Shown here one piece after another: positions 17,455 through 26,935 of a DNA stretch of 64,000 nucleotides. Numbering within the stretch: position 1 is the stretch's first letter; every line of letters begins with the position of its first letter. This DNA comes from Salinivirgaceae bacterium. Lineage in GTDB: Bacteria; Bacteroidota; Bacteroidia; Bacteroidales; SZUA-534. The translations under genes and the position numbers were made by a program. The stretch is from contig JAFZKK010000149.1 of assembly GCA_017551905.1 (NCBI GenBank), positions 9 through 64,008 on the forward strand, read 5' to 3'. A model generated the notes under the pieces. It was not told where the DNA came from. It did no database searches and worked only from the letters and a program-made list of their open reading frames with translations.

Positions 17455-19149
17455 ATGAAAAGTAATAGAATAAGTATATTGACTATCATATTGTTAGGCG
17501 CAACAACAGCATTCGCGCAGAACAACAACCTGAACCAAGAGGTGAAAGTGATAAAGGCATACGAGCCGGTAATCAACGATGCGTATAAAATCAGCTCGCT
17601 GCCCAAAATTGTTGACACTCTCAACGTTACGCCAACTTTCGACTACGATGACGGCGTTACTCCGGAGATGTACAAAACCAAATACAAACCAAAGCAGATG
17701 AAACCAGCAAAGCTTGTCGCCGAGCCGCTCCCGAAGCTCTACAACGTGTATGTGAAAGGCGGTTTCGGAATGTACACAACGCCGCTACTTAACATCTACA
17801 CCGGCAGCCAGAGGTCGGAAAAATGGCTGTGGAACGCCAACATGAACTACACTTCGAGCAGCGCCAAGGTTAAGAACGAAGACGACAAGCGGGTTTATGC
17901 AGGATTGTCGAAGTTCGACATTAACGGCAGCGTGCACCGCTATTTCAAAAACGATATGGCGGCTTCAATATCAGCTGGTTACGGCAATCGTGGCAATTAT
18001 TATTACGGATATGCCACCGAACTCAATCTGCCCGATTCGCTTATTCCTTTGAAACGGAAAGATATTGAGAAACAAAGTGTTAACTACTATAACATAGGAG
18101 CGACGGTCTATTCGACAAACCTTGATTCGGCTGAAATCGACTATAAGGTGTCGCTTGGCTACAACGGCCTGAAAACCAAAGACAGCAAGAGCGAAAACAA
18201 TATCCATTTCGACGGATATATTAGCTATCTACTTGATAAAGAGTTCTTAGGCGTTAAATGTGTGATAGACAATTACAAAACGCAAGGTCTTGCTAATGAT
18301 GTCAACTCGGCGGTTGTCAATTTCAATCCGTGGGTAGGCGCCTACGGCCGCAAATGGCGCGTCAAGGTGGGTGTCAACACTTTCTACGACCAGCGCAATC
18401 AGAAGTATATGTTCTTCCCCGACATCAGCATGCAGTATAACATTATCGACTATTTCCTACTGCCGTATGTCGAGCTGAACGGCAACTATAAAGTGCACGA
18501 TTACAAGGATATGTACTTCGAAAATCAGTTTGTGAAATCCGATTTGCGGATAAACCCGACCAAGACGCGAATCAATCTCGCTTTGGGTTTCCGCGGCAAC
18601 ATTAGCTCGCGTATCGCATTCAATATCAAGGCCGAATATGCTAAAATTGACAATCAGTATTTCTTCGTGAACGACACATCGACTTTGTTGCACGAGAAAT
18701 TCTTTGTTGTGTACGACGACATTATGCGTACTCACATCTTGGGCGAAATATCGTACAAGACGAGCGAGAAATTTAAGATTGGCCTGAAGGGACACTATTA
18801 TATTTATGATATGTCGACAGAGCTGGAGGCATGGCACTTGCCAACTTACAACATTAGCCTCGATGCTAGCTACAACCTGTCGAACAAGATAATAGCTACG
18901 GCCAATGTCTATGCCGTAAGCCGCCGTCAGGCTTGCCTCTATCAGGTGGACGGGCCGGGTAAGGTGCTACCTGTGGCCAAAGAGCTCGACGGTGTCATCG
19001 ACATCAATCTGGGCGTGGAGTACCGCATCACCAAACGGTTCTCCGGCTTCCTCGATTTGAACAACTTGACCGGCAGCCGCTATTACCAGTGGAACCAGTA
19101 TGCCAACCAGCGCTTCAATTTCATGCTTGGGTTGACTTACGCATTTTAA
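17455..19149 (+). CDS. outer-membrane beta-barrel protein (putative porin family)
   Basis: The ATG at 17455 gives the signal peptide MKSNRISILTIILLGATTAFAQ (the track ORF from 17194 overlaps the upstream tail). Alternating beta-strand pattern with a C-terminal LGLTYAF. Confidence 0.6.
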   Translation: MKSNRISILTIILLGATTAFAQNNNLNQEVKVIKAYEPVINDAYKISSLPKIVDTLNVTPTFDYDDGVTPEMYKTKYKPKQMKPAKLVAEPLPKLYNVYVKGGFGMYTTPLLNIYTGSQRSEKWLWNANMNYTSSSAKVKNEDDKRVYAGLSKFDINGSVHRYFKNDMAASISAGYGNRGNYYYGYATELNLPDSLIPLKRKDIEKQSVNYYNIGATVYSTNLDSAEIDYKVSLGYNGLKTKDSKSENNIHFDGYISYLLDKEFLGVKCVIDNYKTQGLANDVNSAVVNFNPWVGAYGRKWRVKVGVNTFYDQRNQKYMFFPDISMQYNIIDYFLLPYVELNGNYKVHDYKDMYFENQFVKSDLRINPTKTRINLALGFRGNISSRIAFNIKAEYAKIDNQYFFVNDTSTLLHEKFFVVYDDIMRTHILGEISYKTSEKFKIGLKGHYYIYDMSTELEAWHLPTYNISLDASYNLSNKIIATANVYAVSRRQACLYQVDGPGKVLPVAKELDGVIDINLGVEYRITKRFSGFLDLNNLTGSRYYQWNQYANQRFNFMLGLTYAF

Positions 19150-19383
19150 ATTTCGAAAAAGACTACTTTAAACATAAACTTTATGATGCTACCTAAAATC
19201 TTCAAATTCCGAAAGATAGAATCGAAAATTTCGGAAACTGAAAACCGAACCAGTAGGCAACAACACCTTGCGGAACTGGGAATTTTTATGTCGGAAGATG
19301 AATTTAAATTGAAAATCAAACAGTTGAAAATGGCAAATGTCAGCATCTGAAATTTGCCTGACTGAATTGTAAAAAGATTAAAT

Positions 19384-20322
19384 ATGGAAACAGAAAAAGT
19401 GAAAGTCCTGATAATTGGTTCAGGACCAGCAGGATACACTGCCGCCATTTACGCTTCGCGGGCTAACTTGCAGCCGGTTTTAATTCAGGGTTTGCAGGCT
19501 GGTGGACAGCTTACGCAAACAACTGAGATTGAGAACTTTCCGGGTTATCCGAATGGCATCGATGGCAATCAGATGATGGAGGAGTTCCGTCAGCAAGCCG
19601 AGCGTCTTGGCACCGACATCCGCTTTGGCGTTGTAACCAAAGTCGATTTTGCCGATGGCAAGCATCTTGTAACTGTCGATGGCGACAAAATAATTGACGC
19701 TGAGGCTGTTATTATTGCTACTGGCGCCACGGCCAAATATCTTGGTTTGCCCTCGGAGGAGAAATACAAGGGCAGCGGAGTGTCGGCTTGCGCCACTTGC
19801 GACGGCTTTTTCTACCGTAAGAAAGATGTGGCTGTGGTTGGCGGCGGCGACACGGCTTGCGAGGAAGCCACCTACTTGGCGCATCTTTGCAACAAGGTTT
19901 ACATGATTGTCCGCAAAAACTACCTGCGCGCCTCAAAAGCCATGCAGGACCGCGTGATGAACACACCTAACATTGAGATATTGTTCGAACACAACACTTT
20001 AGACTTGTTTGGCGATGGTGTTGTTGAGGGCGCAAACTTGGTTTACCGCCAGGGCACTCCCGACGAGCAAAAGCGTCAGATTAAGATTGACGGTTTCTTC
20101 CTTGCCATTGGTCATCACCCGAACAGCACTGTTTTTCAGCCGTTTGTGAAGACCGACGAGGACGGATACATTCTCACCGAGCCAAACTCAGGCCGCACCA
20201 ACGTGCCGGGCGTGTTTGCTTGTGGTGATGTTATGGACCGCACCTACCGTCAGGCTATTGTGGCTGCGGGTTCGGGCTGCAAGGCCGCGCTTGACGCCGA
20301 GCGTTATCTATTGTCGAAATAG
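19384..20322 (+). CDS. trxB: thioredoxin-disulfide reductase
   Basis: FAD motif IIGSGPAGYTAAIYA, redox-active CATCDG, NADPH motif VVGGGDTACEEA, and a typical length. Confidence 0.95.
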   Translation: METEKVKVLIIGSGPAGYTAAIYASRANLQPVLIQGLQAGGQLTQTTEIENFPGYPNGIDGNQMMEEFRQQAERLGTDIRFGVVTKVDFADGKHLVTVDGDKIIDAEAVIIATGATAKYLGLPSEEKYKGSGVSACATCDGFFYRKKDVAVVGGGDTACEEATYLAHLCNKVYMIVRKNYLRASKAMQDRVMNTPNIEILFEHNTLDLFGDGVVEGANLVYRQGTPDEQKRQIKIDGFFLAIGHHPNSTVFQPFVKTDEDGYILTEPNSGRTNVPGVFACGDVMDRTYRQAIVAAGSGCKAALDAERYLLSK

Positions 20323-20330
20323 CTTCGGTT

Positions 20331-23033
20331 ATGATTCTGAAATTTGATTGTTACTGCCCAACCGAGTGGGGGCAAAGCCTGAAAGTTGTCGGCTCGTCGC
20401 CTGAGCTTGGCAATTGGGACATTGAAAAAGCTTTGCCGTTAACGTGCTGTGAGTTAAATCGTTGGCGCACAACGGTGGAGTGTCCGAGTCAGCTGGTGCA
20501 TTACAAATACATTCTGGTTGACAGTAAAACGGGCAGGCAGACAATCGAAATAAGGCCGGTGCGGACATCGCCGGTCACATCAAAAAAAACGGCAACTTGC
20601 TATTGTATAGACACTTGGCAACAGTTGGGAACGGAGTACGCCGCATATCTGAGTTCGGCGTTCACAAATGTCATTTTCAAGGTTGATAAGAAATTCCGAA
20701 AGAAGGGCAAACCGCTTTCCGTCGCACGGCAACTCGAGATAAATTGCTTTGTTCCAAAGCTTAAGCTTACGCAGTTTGTGTGCATTGCCGGCGGTTGCGC
20801 GCAGCTGGGCGACTGGAACGCTCCGCTGCCAATGGTTGCCGGCGACAACGCAAAATGGAGTGTGAGCTTCGATTTGGAAGTGCTTCCGCCTGAGTTTGAG
20901 TACAAATTTGTGGTTTGCGACACCGCCGATTCCGCAACGCGCATTTGGCAGGACGGCCCAAATCATCGCTTTGTCAACACTTTCGGAAGCGAGCCGGCAA
21001 TTATCAAGGTTGACGACGGTGTGATTTGCGTGAATACTGAGAAAGTGCGTTTTGCGGGTGTCAATGTGCCGGTTTTCTCGTTGCGCACCGAGAACAGCTT
21101 CGGTGTTGGCGACTTCAGCGATTTGCGAAAACTTGTCGATTGGGCGACGAAAGTGGGGCTGAAGATGATTCAGATTCTGCCCATAAACGACACAATATCA
21201 ACATATTCGTTCCTCGATTCGTATCCATACAATGCCATTTCGGTTTTTGCGCTCAATCCGCTTTTTATCGACATTTTCAAGCTTGGCAAACTGGCCGACA
21301 AGAGACAGCAAGCCGAATATGAACGGGCGCGGAAAAGCCTGAACGAAAAGATTGACGTTGATTATGAGCAAGTTATAAAACTGAAACTGCAATATTGCAA
21401 GTCAGTTTTCGAAAGCGGTTTTGATTCAATAGTAAACTCATCTGATTTTCAGAAGTTTATAAAAGATAATTCGGAGTGGCTGATGCCATACGCGGCGTTC
21501 AGCCTTTTGCGCGACATCAATCAAACGGGCGATTTCAATAGATGGCAGAAATACTCGGTTTATTCAGCAAAGGTTATTGCTAAATTCTTCCAACCCAGCC
21601 ACTTATACTATCACAGTGCGATGTTTTGGTGCTATGTGCAGTTCAAGCTCGATGAGCAACTGCGCGAGACTACGGCCTACGCTCGCAAGGCTGGTGTCAT
21701 TCTGAAAGGCGACATCCCGATTGGAATTAGCCGTTGCAGCGTCGACGCTTGGAGCAATTCGCACCTTTTCCATTTCGATGGACAGGCTGGTGCGCCGCCC
21801 GATTTCTTCTCTGAAAACGGGCAAAACTGGGGCTTTCCGACCTACAACTGGGACAAAATGGCCAAAGACGGCTACGCTTGGTGGCGTCAGCGTTTGGCTA
21901 AGATGAACGCCTATTTCGACGCTTACCGCATCGACCATATACTCGGATTCTTCCGTATCTGGGAGATTCCAACATCGGCCATCTACGGGATGTTGGGGCA
22001 TTTCCGTCCGGCTATGCCGTTGAGCGAGGTCGAGCTGTTCAAGGCTGGCGTGGTGCTCGATTACGATGCGGCTTGCAAGCCTCAAGTTGAAGCCGAATAC
22101 ATCGACCAACTGTTTGGTGTTCAGGCCGAAAAAGTGAAACAGACTTATTTTGAGCCAACCAAAAACGTATTGTTCACACTCAAACCCGAATATGCCACAC
22201 AGCGGCAGATTTACAATAAGGTGGTGGGGCATAGGTCGCCCGATTCGCTTACCAAGCGCACGCAAACCCTGTTCAACGGCTTGACAACCATAGCTTCGGA
22301 TGTTTTGCTGTTGAAAGACACCGAGCAGGGCGGCTATCATCTGCGCATCGATTTGCAGAAAACCACAGCATACAAACGCCTTGCCGAGAGCCAGCGGAAA
22401 GTGCTTGACGAGCTATATGAGGATTTCTTCTATCATAGGCATAACCATTTTTGGGAACGTCTTGCAACACAGAAACTTACGGCGTTGTTGCAAGCCTCCG
22501 ACATGCTTGTATGCGGTGAGGATTTGGGCATGATTCCCGATTGCGTGAAACCAGTGATGGAGAAGTTCGGCATTCTGAGTCTCGAGATTCAGCGGATGCC
22601 TAAAACATTCACCGAATTTGCTCATTTACAAGACATTCCATATATGTCGGTTTGCGCCACATCGTCGCACGACACATCAACCATACGCGGCTGGTGGGAG
22701 GAGAACCACGAATCGATTCAGCGCTATTTCAACAACTGGCTTAACCAGAAAGGCAAGGCGCCGGTGCATGCCAACGAAAAGATTTGCAAGCAGATAATCG
22801 AACAGCATCTGCAGTCGCCGGCCTTGTGCGTGATGATGCCAATCCAGGATTTCTTTGCGCTTGAGACCGATTTGCGGGTGAAAAATGTGGAGCAGGAGCG
22901 GATAAACGTGCCCGCCAACCCACGCAATTTCTGGAAATACCGGATGCACGTCGGCATTGAGCGGCTGTGCGGAATGAAAAGCTTCAATTCGCGAATAAAA
23001 GCAATGCTTGAGGAAAGCAACAGACTGATTTAA
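20331..23033 (+). CDS. malQ: 4-alpha-glucanotransferase (GH77) with N-terminal starch-binding (CBM20-like) modules
   Basis: Two CBM20-like repeats (GQSLKVVGSSPELGNWD; CIAGGCAQLGDWN), then the GH77 core (GVGDFSDL...ILPINDT...YRIDHILGFFRIWEIP...VCGEDLGMIP...TSSHD). Confidence 0.9.
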   Translation: MILKFDCYCPTEWGQSLKVVGSSPELGNWDIEKALPLTCCELNRWRTTVECPSQLVHYKYILVDSKTGRQTIEIRPVRTSPVTSKKTATCYCIDTWQQLGTEYAAYLSSAFTNVIFKVDKKFRKKGKPLSVARQLEINCFVPKLKLTQFVCIAGGCAQLGDWNAPLPMVAGDNAKWSVSFDLEVLPPEFEYKFVVCDTADSATRIWQDGPNHRFVNTFGSEPAIIKVDDGVICVNTEKVRFAGVNVPVFSLRTENSFGVGDFSDLRKLVDWATKVGLKMIQILPINDTISTYSFLDSYPYNAISVFALNPLFIDIFKLGKLADKRQQAEYERARKSLNEKIDVDYEQVIKLKLQYCKSVFESGFDSIVNSSDFQKFIKDNSEWLMPYAAFSLLRDINQTGDFNRWQKYSVYSAKVIAKFFQPSHLYYHSAMFWCYVQFKLDEQLRETTAYARKAGVILKGDIPIGISRCSVDAWSNSHLFHFDGQAGAPPDFFSENGQNWGFPTYNWDKMAKDGYAWWRQRLAKMNAYFDAYRIDHILGFFRIWEIPTSAIYGMLGHFRPAMPLSEVELFKAGVVLDYDAACKPQVEAEYIDQLFGVQAEKVKQTYFEPTKNVLFTLKPEYATQRQIYNKVVGHRSPDSLTKRTQTLFNGLTTIASDVLLLKDTEQGGYHLRIDLQKTTAYKRLAESQRKVLDELYEDFFYHRHNHFWERLATQKLTALLQASDMLVCGEDLGMIPDCVKPVMEKFGILSLEIQRMPKTFTEFAHLQDIPYMSVCATSSHDTSTIRGWWEENHESIQRYFNNWLNQKGKAPVHANEKICKQIIEQHLQSPALCVMMPIQDFFALETDLRVKNVEQERINVPANPRNFWKYRMHVGIERLCGMKSFNSRIKAMLEESNRLI

Positions 23034-23066
23034 CTTTACCCTTTATTCAACTTCTAAAAGAAAAAT

Positions 23067-23074
23067 TACATTTG
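23067..23074 (+). promoter_or_regulatory. Bacteroidetes-type -7 promoter box (TACATTTG)
   Basis: Exact TAnnTTTG match 20 nt upstream of the ATG at 23094. Confidence 0.45.
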
Positions 23075-23093
23075 CGGCCGCAAAACAGACACA

Positions 23094-24074
23094 ATGGCAA
23101 CAAAGTTTAAAGTTTACATAATTCGTCCTGTCAGAAATTTCGTAATCTACCATTTCCTGCATTCGATTTTTGTTTTGGGACAGTTCATGCCGCGCCGGCC
23201 CTTGCTTTGGTGGCATGGCGTGCTGGCCAAGATTGTCTATCGGATGCTGAAAAAAACACGCCGGATTGTGGAGCAAAACCTTGCCATTGCCTTTGGTCCC
23301 GAAAAACAGAAAGGCGAGTATCATCGTATTGGACAACAGATGTTTGTGTCGCTCGGGAAGACCTTTACCGACTATGCGCTGTTCTGGAAGATGAAAACCC
23401 GCGAGCAGTTCTCACGTTATTTCCGTTTTGAGGGCGAAGAAAACCTGAAAGCAGCCTACGAGAAGGGCAAGGGCGTGCTGTGTTTGGTTACGCACACGTC
23501 GGGTTGGGAGTTTTCGGCTTTTATGCCGCCGGTGCTGGGCTACAAATCGATGGGAGTGAGTAGCCGCATCAAAAATCCGGCACTCAACAAGCTGATGATT
23601 GGTCTGCGCGAGTCGCGCGGCATGGCTAACATAACCCGCGACCATTGCTACGACACGCTTGTGGAGCGGCTCAAAAAAGGCGAGTGTCTGATAATAATGA
23701 TTGACCAAGACAGCCTGAATATCCGTGGTGAGTTTCTGCAATTCTTTGGAAAAGAGGCATATACGCCGATTGGCTGCGCCCGGTTAGCAATGGACACCGG
23801 AGCGGCGGTTGTGCCAATGTACACTTATCGCAACGACGATAACACCTACGTTTTCAAGATGTTGCCTGAGATTCCTTTTGAACACAAAGCGACCGATTTG
23901 GAGACAATCAGATACAACACGCAGAAGCACAACGACGCCATTGAGCAGATAATCCGTGAGCATCCCGAGCAGTGGGTGTGGATGCACGAGCGTTGGAAAA
24001 CAACACCTGAAATTCTGCGCCAACATCTTGAGCGTAAGCGTATTGCAAAAGAAAACTCACAAAAACAACAATAG
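23094..24074 (+). CDS. lysophospholipid / lipid A biosynthesis acyltransferase (LpxL/HtrB family)
   Basis: The HTSGWE (HX4E-like) acyltransferase motif and family-typical length and layout. Confidence 0.75.
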   Translation: MATKFKVYIIRPVRNFVIYHFLHSIFVLGQFMPRRPLLWWHGVLAKIVYRMLKKTRRIVEQNLAIAFGPEKQKGEYHRIGQQMFVSLGKTFTDYALFWKMKTREQFSRYFRFEGEENLKAAYEKGKGVLCLVTHTSGWEFSAFMPPVLGYKSMGVSSRIKNPALNKLMIGLRESRGMANITRDHCYDTLVERLKKGECLIIMIDQDSLNIRGEFLQFFGKEAYTPIGCARLAMDTGAAVVPMYTYRNDDNTYVFKMLPEIPFEHKATDLETIRYNTQKHNDAIEQIIREHPEQWVWMHERWKTTPEILRQHLERKRIAKENSQKQQ

Positions 24075-24076
24075 CC

Positions 24077-24283
24077 ATGACCGCAAAATTCTCTTACGAA
24101 AAGACCGTTGCCGAAATTGAGGCGATTATCGATGATATCGAAAACAACCGCCTTGATGTTGACCAGCTAACCGATGCTGTTGCCCGTGTTGGCGAATTGC
24201 TTGCCAAATGCAAAAAGAAACTCACCGATGCCCGTACCGTCGTCGATGAACTTGAAGCCAAGATGAACGGAGAAGAGGAGTGA
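24077..24283 (+). CDS. xseB: exodeoxyribonuclease VII small subunit
   Basis: A 68-aa helical protein. FSYEKTVAEIEAIIDDIENNRLDVDQL is typical of XseB. Confidence 0.85.
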   Translation: MTAKFSYEKTVAEIEAIIDDIENNRLDVDQLTDAVARVGELLAKCKKKLTDARTVVDELEAKMNGEEE

Positions 24284-24301
24284 GGCGTAAATAGCGCAAT
24301 C

Positions 24302-26875
24302 CTACAAATCCATAGTAGTATACCGTATTCCAATCACCAGAATATCGTCAACCTGGTCGTATTTAGTGCCGCGCCATTCTTCGTTGGCTATGCGTATCAG
24401 GTCTTTCTGTTCGCGCATCGGTTTGTCTTTGATGCTCTCGAGCAGGTCTTTGAACCGGCGTGTCAGGTATTTCTTGCCGTCATCGCCGCCAAATTGGTCA
24501 GTGATTCCATCGGAGAAGATGTAGAACTGGTCGCCCGGATTGAATGAGCGAACATTGTTGTAGTATGTGGTGTTGATTGAAGTGCCTGTAATATTGCTGC
24601 TTATCGGTATTTTGTCGCCTTTAATCTCCTCAAATCCATTTTGGTTGAACAGATAAAGAGGACGCATAGCCCCACTGTATTCGAGCGTGTGCAACTCTTT
24701 GTCAATCACCGCAAAGGCAATGTCCATACCGTCGTTGTTCTGCTCTTGTGAGTCGCTTTTGAGCGATATTTTGATTTTGCGGTTCAGGTTTTTCAAGATG
24801 TCGGCTGGTGTGTGTATCCCGTTGTGTATCACTATTGAATTGAGCAGATAGCTACCGATAATCGATAGGAACGCGCCCGGAACGCCGTGTCCCGTGCAAT
24901 CGACAGCCGCTATAAAGTATTTGTTCTCAATGCGATGATACCAATAAAAGTCGCCGCTCACAATGTCTTTCGGCATAAACAGCACAAAACTGTCGTTGAA
25001 GTCGCGGTGTATCTGCTTGGGTTTAGGCAAGATAGATGTCTGAATGCGTTTTGCGTAGCGTATGCTGCCGAACATCTCGTTCTGCCGGTTCTCTATTTCG
25101 TTTTTCTGCACAAGAGCAAGGTTGCGTTGCGTCTCGGCTTCGTTTTTCTGTTGCTCAATTTTTTTCTCGTACTGCTTAATCTGGGTTATGTCAGTGTCCA
25201 CCGATATAATCAGTTTCACCTCGTCGTTGTCGTCAAGAATAGGGGTGAGGGTGGTTTGCAGCCAGCGTTGGTCGTTTTCGTTCTTCATCTCCGACTCGTA
25301 GGCAACCACGCTTTTTTCCTTTAGCACCGATGCAATCACGTGTTTCAGATTCTTGTTTGAACTCACAGTGGTCACGTTTATCGGTTTCTCAAGGAATTTG
25401 TAGTCTTCAATGTCGATGTTGAGCCGTTTGCCGTAGGCTGCGTTGTACCAGTCGATATCGCCGTTCGGCTTATAGATGACAATCATGTTGTTCGACATGT
25501 TGGTCACGGTCGAAATCTTGCTTAGGTCGGCGTTTCGCATTTGCAGTAGCTCCTTTTGCGCACGCAGTTCCTCGCGTTGCGTCTGCAAGGTGTCGCGTTG
25601 CTGAATCAGCTCCTCACGCTGCGAACTCAGTTCCTCTTTCTGCAGGTTAATTAGCTCGGTGCGCTTCTTGATGCCTTCTTCCATGTTCTGGCTCACTTTG
25701 ATGTACTCGCTGCGCGCTCTCACAAATTTCCGTCCGAAAATGTACAGTAGCAGCAGCGCAGTCGTCATCATCGCTGTAAAGGCGAAATCTTCGTCGGAGT
25801 GCAGAAAGCCGATGCTCGATGAGTAGAAGAAGTATTTTATCGACATTTCCGCCAAAATCAAAGCCGATACTCCGACTCTCAGTTTGAAGAAATCGGAGCG
25901 GCGCTCGGTTGTCACAACGCAGTAGATGAAATATGCCAATACCGCCAGAATCATTGTGCAGATGAGGCCGGTAAACAGCATCCTAAGCCTTGACAGAATA
26001 TTGACAACAGTAGCAATGATGCATACGTAGGTTATTATCATTGAGGGCGATGTGTAACGGTGCCTCGTCTTTTTGGGTGTGAAGTTCCATTTTGTGTAAT
26101 AGGCAAATGCGGAAAAGGCGGCCGGCACTATGAAATGGAACATCATTATGTTGTTCGACGGTGTGTCGGGTGCCAGATATTTGAACAGTGTAGTGTCGTA
26201 CCACAGAGCCAATAGCATGGTGCTTAGCAGCAGCAGCGCATTGCTGATATACATCTTGTTTCGTTCCGACAGATAGCTTAGCAGACTGATAATCAGCACG
26301 GCAATCACCAGACCATAGGCAAAACCGTTTGTACGTTTTTGGGTGTTGCCTTCGTTCATGAAGCTGTCGCGGCTCCACATCTCCAGTTTGACGCTGCACA
26401 ACGATGTCTGTTTTGACAGTTTTATGCAGTATCGGCCTTTTTGTTTCGGCGCCAGGTTTATCTTGAAGGTGAAGTATTGCGAGTAAACATAGCGTTGGTA
26501 GGGGTAGAGCAGACCTGTGTTTAACGTTGTTGAGTCGATACCGTTGTAGAAGATTATTTCGGTAATCAGAGGGTTGTCGAGAGTCAGAAAGGCGGTGAAA
26601 TTTTCGTTTGTGGTGTTGTTTATGTCGATGAGCACCCAAATGTTGTTGCGGCCGCCGCCAATGTTTATCTGGTCGCTTGCCGACTGCGAAAAATTGCGGA
26701 AGAACCGCTCCGATATGGCGTCATCAATGGTGAGAGTGTTTGTCGGGTCTTCGTACACAAAGAAATGCTCGGCAAGGTCAATCTTGCCGTTGCGGTTTGC
26801 TTTGTTGATAACCACATTGGCTTTCAGCCCCATTGCGGTCACCACAAAAATCGCCAGCAATATTATTCTTCTCAT
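24302..26875 (-). CDS. 7TM-DISM receptor with coiled coil, PAS-like region and C-terminal PP2C/SpoIIE phosphatase domain
   Basis: Signal peptide plus an extracellular 7TMR-DISMED2-like domain, seven hydrophobic helices and a Q/E-rich coiled coil. The SpoIIE signature is present (SGDFYWY...DCTGHGVPGAFLS...SDGITDQFGG). Confidence 0.85.
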   Translation of the reverse strand: MRRIILLAIFVVTAMGLKANVVINKANRNGKIDLAEHFFVYEDPTNTLTIDDAISERFFRNFSQSASDQINIGGGRNNIWVLIDINNTTNENFTAFLTLDNPLITEIIFYNGIDSTTLNTGLLYPYQRYVYSQYFTFKINLAPKQKGRYCIKLSKQTSLCSVKLEMWSRDSFMNEGNTQKRTNGFAYGLVIAVLIISLLSYLSERNKMYISNALLLLSTMLLALWYDTTLFKYLAPDTPSNNIMMFHFIVPAAFSAFAYYTKWNFTPKKTRHRYTSPSMIITYVCIIATVVNILSRLRMLFTGLICTMILAVLAYFIYCVVTTERRSDFFKLRVGVSALILAEMSIKYFFYSSSIGFLHSDEDFAFTAMMTTALLLLYIFGRKFVRARSEYIKVSQNMEEGIKKRTELINLQKEELSSQREELIQQRDTLQTQREELRAQKELLQMRNADLSKISTVTNMSNNMIVIYKPNGDIDWYNAAYGKRLNIDIEDYKFLEKPINVTTVSSNKNLKHVIASVLKEKSVVAYESEMKNENDQRWLQTTLTPILDDNDEVKLIISVDTDITQIKQYEKKIEQQKNEAETQRNLALVQKNEIENRQNEMFGSIRYAKRIQTSILPKPKQIHRDFNDSFVLFMPKDIVSGDFYWYHRIENKYFIAAVDCTGHGVPGAFLSIIGSYLLNSIVIHNGIHTPADILKNLNRKIKISLKSDSQEQNNDGMDIAFAVIDKELHTLEYSGAMRPLYLFNQNGFEEIKGDKIPISSNITGTSINTTYYNNVRSFNPGDQFYIFSDGITDQFGGDDGKKYLTRRFKDLLESIKDKPMREQKDLIRIANEEWRGTKYDQVDDILVIGIRYTTMDL

Positions 26876-26935
26876 ACTCAGTTTTTATCTCGACTAATTT
26901 AGCAAAATCCGTTTTGCAAAACCTTATTCCGATTT

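Noticed and set aside
16191-17624. A 477-aa minus-strand ORF opposite the end of the TPR gene and the start of the porin-like gene.
   Set aside because: It is antisense to the GAA/CAA/GAG-rich acidic tail, which has no stop codons in the complementary frame. Its product is an L/F/S/R-rich repeat with no start context or motifs.
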